A stretch of 8,797 nucleotides of DNA from positions 1 to 8,797 of the forward strand of contig CAZECW010000164.1 in the NCBI GenBank assembly GCA_964510585.1, written 5' to 3'. A model generated the notes under the pieces. The model ran no database searches. It was not told the origin of the DNA and saw nothing but the letters and a program-made list of their open reading frames with translations. A program made the position numbers and the translations under genes. The DNA is from an uncultured archaeon. Lineage in GTDB: Archaea > Asgardarchaeota > Jordiarchaeia > Jordiarchaeales > Jordiarchaeaceae. Below, in pieces: positions 1 to 7,350 of the stretch. Position 1 is the first letter of the stretch, and the number at the start of each line of letters is the position of its first letter.

Positions 1-2
1 GC

Positions 3-386
3 CTAACTAATATTTCTAAACTTTTATCCGTTATTGTAAATGCGTATGATAAGATTGGTTCAAATGGAATCATCATTCTTTACTCTCTTTCAACCTTGTT
101 GGAACACGCAGATTTTCAGAAATCCTATAGTTTCATGACTGGGTTGAAAGCACTAACTGAGGAGAGAAACTGTCTAGGATTCACTGTCCTGACCAGCGGA
201 ATGCACCCTGAAATGCAAATAAACGCCTTCAAACACATAGTTAACGGAATAATCGAAATGCAGTTCAAACACGAGAATGAAACAACAACGCGAAAAATAA
301 GAGTCATAGGACTGGGAGCAAGACTAAACCTCCTTAACTGGAAAGAATTCACCATAACGCCAGACGGAATCAAGCTAGCCAAATAA
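3..386 (+). CDS. 3' part of a RAD55/KaiC-like (RecA-superfamily) ATPase-domain protein, truncated by the window start
   Basis: The frame is open from base 3 (LTNISKLLSVIVNAYDKIGSNGIIILYSLSTLLEHADF...) to TAA at 384-386, so the ORF-track start at 96 is internal. It has Walker-B-position 'IIILYSLSTLL', then 'TSGMH...HIVNGIIEM...RKIRV...WKEFTITPDGIKL', resembling the C-terminal strands of archaeal RAD55/KaiC-like proteins (recognised by eye). Confidence 0.65.
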   Translation, partial: LTNISKLLSVIVNAYDKIGSNGIIILYSLSTLLEHADFQKSYSFMTGLKALTEERNCLGFTVLTSGMHPEMQINAFKHIVNGIIEMQFKHENETTTRKIRVIGLGARLNLLNWKEFTITPDGIKLAK

Positions 387-434
387 ACAAGACCCAAAAA
401 ACAATCCGCCACCCAAAAACCGCACAGCTCAACA

Positions 435-486
435 AAACCAAAAAAGGTTCCCTCACACCATTTAGGTAGATTCCTCTTTTTGGTTT
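435..486. terminator. Candidate bidirectional terminator between the convergent ATPase gene and trpA
   Basis: Inverted repeat AAACCAAAAAAGG (435-447) / CCTCTTTTTGGTTT (473-486): 13 bp with one bulge and a 25-nt loop. It gives a U-tract on each strand. Confidence 0.5.
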
Positions 487-632
487 ATTTTTCCTCTTTC
501 CTTCTGCTTCTACAATGTTCTCAAACACATTTTCAAAGTAGAAGGAAATTGTGCACGTGTCTATTGGGTGGACGGTTTTAGATGTGGGACTGGGGTGACG
601 TTGTGGCGTGGGTGTTTCCTTCCTTTGGGCGA

Positions 633-1451
633 TTAAGTTTTCTTTTTCGTTGCCCCTTTTAGCTGGTTTACATATTCTTTCAATGTTTTGAGCATTTCTC
701 CCTCATCGTTATCGTGTTTCTCTTCTATGATTTTTATGATTTGGCTTCCCACTATGGCTGCGTCTGCTCCTTTTTCTACTATTGCTTTTACATGCTCGGG
801 TTTTGATATTCCAAAGCCTACAGCTAGAGGAATTCTTCCCCGCGTAATAGGAAGTGTTTTTTCAATTAGTTTAATGGTTTGTTCTTGTATCTTCTGTCGC
901 GCTCCCGTTACCCCATAGATTGATACAAGGTAAAGGAAGCCTGAAGTGTTCTCCACAATTTTTACTAGGCGTTCAGTAGGTGTGGATGGAGCTGCAAGAA
1001 ATATGGTGTCCACCTCGTATTTTTCAGCGGTTTTCCTATATTCCCCAGCTTCTTCTATGGGTAGGTCGGGAACAATTACCCCACTGATTCCTGAGGATTC
1101 GGCTACTTCAAAAAAGCTTTTGACCCCCATCCGGTAAATGGGATTATAATATGTCAGAATTACCAGTGGAGTATTGTTTCTCTGCTTGATTTCTTCCGCT
1201 ATTTCAAAAACTTTTCTGGGCGTAGTTCCAGCCTGCAAAGCCTTTGTAGTTGCAGTCTGAATTGTGGGGCCGTCAGCTATAGGGTCTGAAAAGGGGATTC
1301 CCAGCTCAACTATGTCTGCTCCTCCACGAATTAACGTGTCCGCAATGATGAGGGTGTCTTCCAGTTCCGGATAGCCGGCGGTAATGTAGGTGATTAGTCC
1401 ACCTTCACTTCGAGCCCTAAGTTCAGAAAATGCTTTCTCCAGTTCCCTCAC
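633..1451 (-). CDS. trpA: Tryptophan synthase alpha subunit
   Basis: Motifs [27 protein letters not shown] (catalytic Glu/Asp), [34 protein letters not shown] and [12 protein letters not shown] start overlaps the trpB stop (GTGA). Confidence 0.98.
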   Translation of the reverse strand: MRELEKAFSELRARSEGGLITYITAGYPELEDTLIIADTLIRGGADIVELGIPFSDPIADGPTIQTATTKALQAGTTPRKVFEIAEEIKQRNNTPLVILTYYNPIYRMGVKSFFEVAESSGISGVIVPDLPIEEAGEYRKTAEKYEVDTIFLAAPSTPTERLVKIVENTSGFLYLVSIYGVTGARQKIQEQTIKLIEKTLPITRGRIPLAVGFGISKPEHVKAIVEKGADAAIVGSQIIKIIEEKHDNDEGEMLKTLKEYVNQLKGATKKKT

Positions 1452-2662
1452 ATTTCAACCCCCAAATGTTTCGCCACCACTTCTGCGTCTTTGTCTCCCC
1501 TTCCAGATAGGGTTACCACAACTATTTTGTCTCTGCCCAAATTTTTGGCCAACTTCATGGCGAATGCCAAGGCGTGGGCGGGCTCAAGCGCAGGAATGAT
1601 ACCTTCACTCTTTGACAGTTCAAGGAAAGCATCTATTGCCTCTTCGTCTGTTGCGGCAACATACTTTGCCCTCCCTATACTTTTGAGAAAGGAGTGTTCT
1701 GGCCCCACACCCGGATAGTCTAGGCCCGCTGAAATACTGTGAGTGGTTAGGATCTGGCCATTTCCGTCCTGTATAATGTATGTTAACATTCCATGAAAGA
1801 CTCCCTCTTCTCCCCCGCAAAGCGAGGCTGCATGTTTCCCGGTCTCAATTCCCAGGCCTGCGGCTTCAACGCCATAAAGTTCTACTTGCTCATCGTCTAG
1901 GAAGGGGTGGAATGTGCCTATGGCGTTGCTTCCCCCACCCACGCAAGCCACGAGAGCGTCTGGAAGCCTTTTCTCCTTCTCCAATATTTGCTGTCTTATC
2001 TCATTTCCAATAACGCTTTGAAAATCCCTCACTATCATAGGGTAGGGGTGGGGACCCACAACGGAGCCTATCAAATAGTAGGTGTCCTGGACGTTGGTCA
2101 CCCAGTCTCTTAGGGCCTCATTGATGGCGTCCTTCAATGTTTTTGAGCCGGAGTTTACGGGGTGGACTTCGGCTCCCAAAAGCTTCATTCTAAAAACGTT
2201 GAGTTTTTGCCTCTCTATGTCTTCAGAGCCCATATATATTTCCGCTTTTAGTCCCAGGGCGGCGCAGGCTATGGCTGTGGCGACACCATGTTGCCCAGCT
2301 CCGGTCTCCGCAATTATTCTCTTTTTTCCCATTCTTTTTGCAAGTAGTGCCTGCCCCAACGTATTGTTTATCTTGTGTGCTCCTCCATGAGCCAAGTCTT
2401 CACGTTTAAGATAGATTTTCGCTCCACCAATTTTTTTGGTTAGGTTTTCCGCATAGTATGTGGGGGTGGGCCTTCCAGCATATTCCGCTAAGTAATATTT
2501 TAACTGTTTCTGAAATTCCTGGTCGCGTTTGGCTTCTAGGTATGCCCTTTCAAGTTCTTCACAGGCTGGCATAAGTGTTTCGGGTACGAATTGGCCGCCG
2601 TACTTTCCAAATTTACCATTTACGGGATAGCTTTTCAATTTCCCCTTTGGTTTAGACTCCAT
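1448..2662 (-). CDS. trpB: Tryptophan synthase beta subunit (TrpB1 type)
   Basis: Motifs [35 protein letters not shown] (PLP lysine), [35 protein letters not shown] and LSGRGDKD. Confidence 0.98.
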   Translation of the reverse strand: MESKPKGKLKSYPVNGKFGKYGGQFVPETLMPACEELERAYLEAKRDQEFQKQLKYYLAEYAGRPTPTYYAENLTKKIGGAKIYLKREDLAHGGAHKINNTLGQALLAKRMGKKRIIAETGAGQHGVATAIACAALGLKAEIYMGSEDIERQKLNVFRMKLLGAEVHPVNSGSKTLKDAINEALRDWVTNVQDTYYLIGSVVGPHPYPMIVRDFQSVIGNEIRQQILEKEKRLPDALVACVGGGSNAIGTFHPFLDDEQVELYGVEAAGLGIETGKHAASLCGGEEGVFHGMLTYIIQDGNGQILTTHSISAGLDYPGVGPEHSFLKSIGRAKYVAATDEEAIDAFLELSKSEGIIPALEPAHALAFAMKLAKNLGRDKIVVVTLSGRGDKDAEVVAKHLGVEM

Positions 2663-3320
2663 TTGTATCTACTTCCTTAGCATTTTTCACAAATCGATAA
2701 ACTTTTTCCAAGTCTTTAACTCCAGGGCTAGCCTCAACACCGCTGGAAACATCCACAGCGTAAGGCTCAACCAATGCTACTGCTTGCTTCACATTTTCCG
2801 GAGTTAGTCCTCCCGCAAGGATTAATGGTTCAGGATATATGGCTTCTCTCACCCGTCTACTCAAGTTCCAATCATGAATTCTCCCCGTACCTCCATACTT
2901 GCCTGGCACACTGGTGTCCAGAAGAACTGCGTCCAATATTTCAGCAGCTCTCACTGCGGCGTCCAATGTGTCCAGAGAACCATGTTGTGGGACTCCTACG
3001 GCCCCAATTATTCGGATGTCTGGATATCTTTCCCGCGTCTCCTGATAAATCTGGTTGGATGCGTGGATTTGTAGTGTGCTGGGGTTCAATTCCTCACAAA
3101 TTTTTTCTAGGTGGTTGAGACTGCTGGCAACCGTGACTATGACTGCCTCCATAAAAACTGGTACATTTCTCATCATTTCTTTTGCTCTATCAAGGGACAG
3201 GTTTCTGGGTGACTCAGGGACATTCACAACAAATCCCACCGCGTCCGCTCCAGCATCTATGACTGCTTGGAGGTCTCTAGTTGAGGTTACTCCACAGATT
3301 TTAACGCGAACAAGTCTCAA
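2652..3320 (-). CDS. trpF: Phosphoribosylanthranilate isomerase
   Basis: Motifs [32 protein letters not shown]...[21 protein letters not shown] and [13 protein letters not shown] start overlaps the trpC stop (TTGA), with GGTGGA upstream. Confidence 0.96.
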   Translation of the reverse strand: MRLVRVKICGVTSTRDLQAVIDAGADAVGFVVNVPESPRNLSLDRAKEMMRNVPVFMEAVIVTVASSLNHLEKICEELNPSTLQIHASNQIYQETRERYPDIRIIGAVGVPQHGSLDTLDAAVRAAEILDAVLLDTSVPGKYGGTGRIHDWNLSRRVREAIYPEPLILAGGLTPENVKQAVALVEPYAVDVSSGVEASPGVKDLEKVYRFVKNAKEVDTNGV

Positions 3321-4099
3321 AACGATTCCACCAACTGCATCACTTTATCTCTTATGTTTTCAGACTCCATGATGGAGGTTCCAACGAGAAACGCATGGGC
3401 ACCACATTCTCTGAGGAAGCGAATATCCTCTGGCGTGTTTATGCCGCTTTCACTCACAACCACTTTTCCCTTCGGGTGGTGCTTGGCTAGAATATGCTTC
3501 GTAACTTCCAAGTTTACCATTAGTGTTTTTAGGTCGCGGTTATTTATGCCAACAAGGTCCGCTCTTGTTTTCACTGCTCTAAGAAATTCATCTTCACTGT
3601 GTGACTCCAAAAGCACCTCTAAACCAAAACTGTGAGCCTTCTCAATCATGCTTTGAACATTTCCTTCACAGTAACCCCTATCAAAGAGGGCTTGTATCAG
3701 AAGGATGGCGTCCGCCCCACTCCTATAAGCTGCTTCAATCTGAACCGGGCTCAGAACAATGTCCTTCATAAGTATTGGAACACTCACCCGGCTTCGAATT
3801 TCACCTATGAATTGGAGTTTCCCACCAAAATTTTTAGGCTCAGTGATTACAGATATGCCGACTGCTCCCCCCTCCTCTAAGTCCCTTGCAATTATCCCCG
3901 GAGGAGTATACTCTCTTAAGACCCCCTTGGATGGTGAAACAAACTTTATCTCGGAAATAATGGGTGCCCTAGCGCACCGTAAGACTGCTTCCCTTAAACT
4001 TAATCCAGCTGAAAGACGAAATTTTGGAATGTTATTGTAGTAGCCTTCTTCCACACGCTTGACTGCTTCTGCGGCTAAATGGTCTATGTAGTCAGGCAT
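3317..4099 (-). CDS. trpC: Indole-3-glycerol-phosphate synthase
   Basis: Motifs IISEIKFVSPSKG, GAVGISVITEP, PILMKD, GADAILLI, LVGINNRDL, VSESGI and AFLVGTSIM. Start moved to ATG at 4099 (MPDYID...), which follows GAGGA and overlaps the trpD stop. The track's 4150 start lies inside trpD. Confidence 0.95.
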   Translation of the reverse strand: MPDYIDHLAAEAVKRVEEGYYNNIPKFRLSAGLSLREAVLRCARAPIISEIKFVSPSKGVLREYTPPGIIARDLEEGGAVGISVITEPKNFGGKLQFIGEIRSRVSVPILMKDIVLSPVQIEAAYRSGADAILLIQALFDRGYCEGNVQSMIEKAHSFGLEVLLESHSEDEFLRAVKTRADLVGINNRDLKTLMVNLEVTKHILAKHHPKGKVVVSESGINTPEDIRFLRECGAHAFLVGTSIMESENIRDKVMQLVESF

Positions 4100-5153
4100 A
4101 CTTATCCTCATACTCCTCAAGTATTGATAGTTTTCCGCCGGATCTCTCAATCAAATTTTTCAATTTCTGGTATGCAGCCCCACTCTCCAAGGATTCCCTT
4201 GCCAGTTCTATTCCTTCATCTATGGTTTCAGCTCTTCCGCCAACTACCATCCCCGCCGCCGAGTTTAGAAGCACCATGTTCCTTCTTGGATCCTGACGTG
4301 GAAGACGGTCGCTTAACAATCTCACAAGAAGTTTAGCGTTCTCTTCAGGAGACGCCCCGCTTATCTCTTCTGGCTTAGCTATTTTGAAACCGAATTCTTT
4401 GGGCGAAATTTCCTTTATGACCACTTCTCCGTCTCTGAGCTGAGCTACCAGTGTTTTGCCAATTATGGAGATTTCATCCAATCCATCTAAGCCGTGTACC
4501 ACCATTGCTTCTTCGCATCCCAACTCTCTCAAAACTTGGGCTATGGGTTCAACCCATTCCCTACTGTAGACTCCCAGCACCTGAGCATTGGCATTTGCAG
4601 GGTTTGTTAATGGTCCGAGTATGTTGAAGACTGTGCGTATGCCTATTTCTCTTCTTGGCCCAATAGCGTGCTTCATTGCTGGGTGAAAGTTTGGAGCGAA
4701 AATGAATCCAACCCCTATTTTTTCAATGCTTTCTTCCACGGCTCTGGGTTCCATATTAAGATTGAAGCCGAGTTTCTCCAAGACGTCGCTGCTACCACTT
4801 TTGCTTGTGACTGAGCGGTTACCGTGCTTGGCGACAGGTATTCCAGCACCGGCGATAATAAAGGCCCCAGCGGTGCTCACATTAAAGGTTTTTATCCTGT
4901 CCCCTCCAGTTCCGCAGGTGTCCACCAGTCGACCATTGACCTTTGGATTAATGCGGTGGCAGAATTCCCTCATCACTGCTGCGAATGCCGATATTTCTTG
5001 GACCGTTTCACCCTTCATTCTGAGGGCGGTCAAAAAAGAGCCAATCTGAGCCTGTGTAGCGCCTCCTGACATTATTTCCTTCATTATGGCTGTTGCCTCA
5101 AAACTGTTCAGGTCAATTCCTTCAACCAGTTTTTGGATTCCCTCTTTAATCAT
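4092..5153 (-). CDS. trpD: Anthranilate phosphoribosyltransferase
   Basis: Motifs IGSFLTALRMKGET, DTCGTGGD...TFNVST, AKHGNRSVTSKSGSSDVLE, RTVFNILGPLTNPA and VVHGLDGLDEIS. The likely start is ATG 5153 (MIKEGIQKLV), downstream of GGTGAG; GTG 5165 is an alternative. Confidence 0.96.
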   Translation of the reverse strand: MIKEGIQKLVEGIDLNSFEATAIMKEIMSGGATQAQIGSFLTALRMKGETVQEISAFAAVMREFCHRINPKVNGRLVDTCGTGGDRIKTFNVSTAGAFIIAGAGIPVAKHGNRSVTSKSGSSDVLEKLGFNLNMEPRAVEESIEKIGVGFIFAPNFHPAMKHAIGPRREIGIRTVFNILGPLTNPANANAQVLGVYSREWVEPIAQVLRELGCEEAMVVHGLDGLDEISIIGKTLVAQLRDGEVVIKEISPKEFGFKIAKPEEISGASPEENAKLLVRLLSDRLPRQDPRRNMVLLNSAAGMVVGGRAETIDEGIELARESLESGAAYQKLKNLIERSGGKLSILEEYEDKYA

Positions 5154-5157
5154 AGTT

Positions 5158-5739
5158 TCACTCACCGTCCAAAAAGTTTTTAATCATTCTTTTTCCACCC
5201 CTGGTTAGGATTGATTCGGGATGAAACTGGACTCCCTCAATTGGATACTCAACGTGGCGAACCGCCATAATTTCTCCGCCATCTACTGACTCAGCAGTAA
5301 TCTCCAAGCAGGACGGTATTGATTCCCGTTCTCCCACCAAAGAGTGGTAACGAGTAGCCAAAAAGGGATTCTCCATTCCCCTAAAAACGCCCCGACCATT
5401 ATGTCTTATAAGGCTCGTTTTTCCATGCTTCAGGTTCTTGGCACCGGAAATCCTTCCCCCAAAAGTGGAGATAATTCCCTGGTGTCCCAAACAAACCCCC
5501 AAAGTGTTAACCCTGCAACTCAAACTTCGCAGGATTTCAGAACACACTCCAAAGTACCGCTCATCCTCAGGAGTTCCGGGGCCAGGAGAAATAATTATTC
5601 TGTCTGGAAATAGTTTTGCAGCCTTCTTCAATGTTATTTCATCGTTTCGATAAACAATTGGCTCCGCTCCCAGCTCACCCACATACTGTACCAGATTGTA
5701 AACGAAGGAGTCATAATTATCAATGATGAGAACCCTCAC
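5158..5739 (-). CDS. trpG: Anthranilate synthase component II (glutamine amidotransferase)
   Basis: Motifs LIIDNYDSFVYNL, IIISPGPG, GVCLGHQ (catalytic Cys), RYHSL and GVQFHPES (His-x-Glu). GTG start overlaps the trpE stop (GTGA), with GGAGGGTGGTGA upstream. Confidence 0.97.
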   Translation of the reverse strand: MRVLIIDNYDSFVYNLVQYVGELGAEPIVYRNDEITLKKAAKLFPDRIIISPGPGTPEDERYFGVCSEILRSLSCRVNTLGVCLGHQGIISTFGGRISGAKNLKHGKTSLIRHNGRGVFRGMENPFLATRYHSLVGERESIPSCLEITAESVDGGEIMAVRHVEYPIEGVQFHPESILTRGGKRMIKNFLDGE

Positions 5740-7161
5740 AGTTCACCACCCTCCGACAATTCTAATGCTCTGAGCAAAGCTCTTGCCTTGTGCTCAGTTT
5801 CAAACCACTCCTTTTCAGGCACCGAGTCAGCCACTATTCCCGCCCCAACCTGGATGAAGCACTTATCCCTGTCTGCAACCAGTGTCCTTATAGTTATGGC
5901 GAAATCCATATTACCATTGTAGGAAAAATAGCCAACAGCACCAGCATATGGACCCCTTCTTGTAGGCTCAAATTCTTCAATTAACTCCATAGCCCTCACC
6001 TTTGGGGCTCCCGAAACCGTACCAGCTGGAAAAACCGCTCTCAGAGCATCGTAGCAACTACAGTCCTCTCTAAGCTTTCCAACCACCCTAGAAACAATGT
6101 GTTGAACATGGCTATACTCGTGCACCTGCATAAATTCTGGGACGCAAACACTTCCAAAACGTGACACCCGACCCAAATCATTCCTAGCAAGATCAACAAG
6201 CATCACGTGCTCAGCGCACTCCTTCTCATCCGCCAAGAGATCCCTTGCCAAAACTCTATTTTTCTCCGGGTCTTCCACCCGGGGCCTGGTGCCAGCGATG
6301 GGAAAGGTTTCAACATTGCCCCGCTCAACCCTCACAAGCATCTCGGGACTGGAACCCACAATTTGCCTTTCCCCCATCTTTAAAAAATACATGTATGGGG
6401 AGGGGTTAATCTCACGGAGAGCCAAATAGAATCGGGTTAGGTCTCCCCTGAAATTGAAATCAAATCTTTTGGATAAAACCACCTGGAAAATGTCGCCGGA
6501 AAAAATGTACTTTTTGGCTCCCTCAACTGCTTCCTCATACTTTTCTTTTGTTATGTTAACCTTGGGACTGGTGAAAGATAAACTTCCCGGACCGTTTGGC
6601 TCTGCCAGCTCTGCCAATTCTCTGGAGCGGTCTTCTTCTCGGTAATAGTATAGGGTTAACCCTCGGATGTGGTCGAAAACCACGCCGTCGTCGTAAACTG
6701 CCATCTGGAGGTCTGGATATTTTAAGTCGTCCACCGAATGGTTGGGTAGTTTCTCCCAGTAGCGTATGGAGTCGTAGGAGATGTATCCAACGGCTCCCCC
6801 CACAAACCGTGATTTTTCAAGGTGGCTTTTGTAAGTTTTTCTCCCCAGAACTTTTTCCACAACTTTGAGGGGGTCACTGGATTTGATTTTGGTCTTCTCA
6901 TCGGATTCCATGTTTTGTATTGTTGTTTGGCCATTCTTTGAGGTTATGACCTGTTTGGGTGTAAATCCTATAAATGAGAATTGGGCTAGCTTCTTTGGCC
7001 CCTCCATGGATTCAAGGAGGTATGCATACTGGTATTTTTCGTGGATTTTCAAGAAGAGTTCTGTTGGTGAGAGTTTGGTTGATAATTTTTTGATGTGGAA
7101 CTGGCTAGAGGAGTGGTTCTTGTAGGTGTTCTGCGATTTGTGCCCAAAGGCTATGCCTCAC
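5736..7161 (-). CDS. trpE: Anthranilate synthase component I; proposed 474-aa product from GTG 7161 with a +1 frameshift after codon 5
   Basis: Motifs [70 protein letters not shown] and GAGIVADS make the identity near-certain. The frame stays open 5' of the track's TTG 7052 (...[37 protein letters not shown]) up to TGA at 7160-7158, with no ATG/GTG/TTG in that stretch. The start at 7161 is inferred. Confidence 0.85.
7105..7161 (-). CDS. 18-aa zero-frame leader [21 protein letters not shown], overlapping the trpE frame and containing one Trp codon
   Basis: Reads GTG AGG CAT AGC CTT TGG GCA CAA ATC GCA GAA CAC CTA CAA GAA CCA CTC CTC TAG, 9 nt downstream of AGGAGG. Confidence 0.7.
   Translation of the reverse strand: MRHSLWAQIAEHLQEPLL
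7144..7149 (-). promoter_or_regulatory. Putative +1 ribosomal frameshift site CUU-UGG (slippery Leu codon followed by a Trp codon)
   Basis: Same CUU-U slip as bacterial prfB (CUU UGA), with Trp in place of the stop. A +1 shift gives (TTT) GGG CAC AAA..., which is the trpE frame. Confidence 0.65.
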
Positions 7162-7170
7162 TGTGCTAAT

Positions 7171-7176
7171 CCTCCT
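7171..7176 (-). promoter_or_regulatory. Shine-Dalgarno sequence AGGAGG for GTG 7161
   Basis: Minus strand reads ctAGGAGGattagcacaGTG: a perfect SD core with a 9-nt spacer. Confidence 0.8.
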
Positions 7177-7208
7177 AGAATGGTTGTCTTACAAAATCGT
7201 ATGGTAAG

Positions 7209-7243
7209 ATTTATACCCTTGTGAGCTATTTAAAACTTACGCG
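7209..7243 (-). promoter_or_regulatory. Archaeal promoter region of the trp operon; TATA candidates TTTTAAATA (7235-7227) and TATAAAT (7215-7209)
   Basis: Minus strand reads cgcgtaagTTTTAAATAgctcacaaggg-TATAAAT-c in the intergenic region 5' of the RBS. The sequence alone cannot show which box is used. Confidence 0.6.
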
Positions 7244-7257
7244 TACAAAAATGTACA
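7242..7257. promoter_or_regulatory. Tandem TRP-box-like operator (TGTACA-N4-TGTACG on the minus strand)
   Basis: One perfect and one 5/6 match to the TGTACA TRP box bound by TrpY in Methanothermobacter. The boxes are 10 bp apart, form the palindrome GTACA-N4-TGTAC, and abut the BRE position of the upstream TATA candidate. Confidence 0.55.
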
Positions 7258-7265
7258 TTAAAGGC

Positions 7266-7308
7266 GGGAAAAAACCCTCAAACAACCCCTACAAACACTC
7301 CCAAAAAA
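7266..7308 (-). terminator. Oligo-T terminator candidates downstream of the glycoside hydrolase-like gene
   Basis: Minus-strand T6 tracts at 7308-7303 and 7274-7269 (GGGTTTTTTCCC) in a G/T-rich segment after TAA 7351. Confidence 0.4.
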
Positions 7309-7350
7309 GCTTATTTTCAGAATACTCCCCACAGATAGAGGAGCGCGGAT

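Noticed and set aside
125-412. 95-aa minus-strand ORF
   Set aside because: It is an antisense shadow of the ATPase-like gene with no recognisable motif.
4100-4150. N-terminal extension of TrpC in the ORF track
   Set aside because: It lies inside trpD. ATG 4099 has an SD-like motif and a typical coupling overlap.
5736-7052. ORF-track trpE start at TTG 7052
   Set aside because: There is no RBS upstream, and the frame continues 5' with TrpE-like sequence ([11 protein letters not shown]), so this TTG is most likely an internal Leu.
7086-7091. A6 run (AAA AAA) as an alternative slippage site
   Set aside because: It lies downstream of the leader TAG (7107-7105), so zero-frame ribosomes never reach it.
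7092-7154. Near-cognate ATA (7154) or ATC (7094) starts in the trpE frame
   Set aside because: ATA is 16 nt from AGGAGG and ATC has no SD, whereas GTG 7161 is well spaced. Disfavoured but not formally excluded.
7053-7161. Classical trpL-type transcription attenuator
   Set aside because: There is only one Trp codon, no terminator/antiterminator hairpins or U-tract were found, and the leader overlaps trpE coding sequence.
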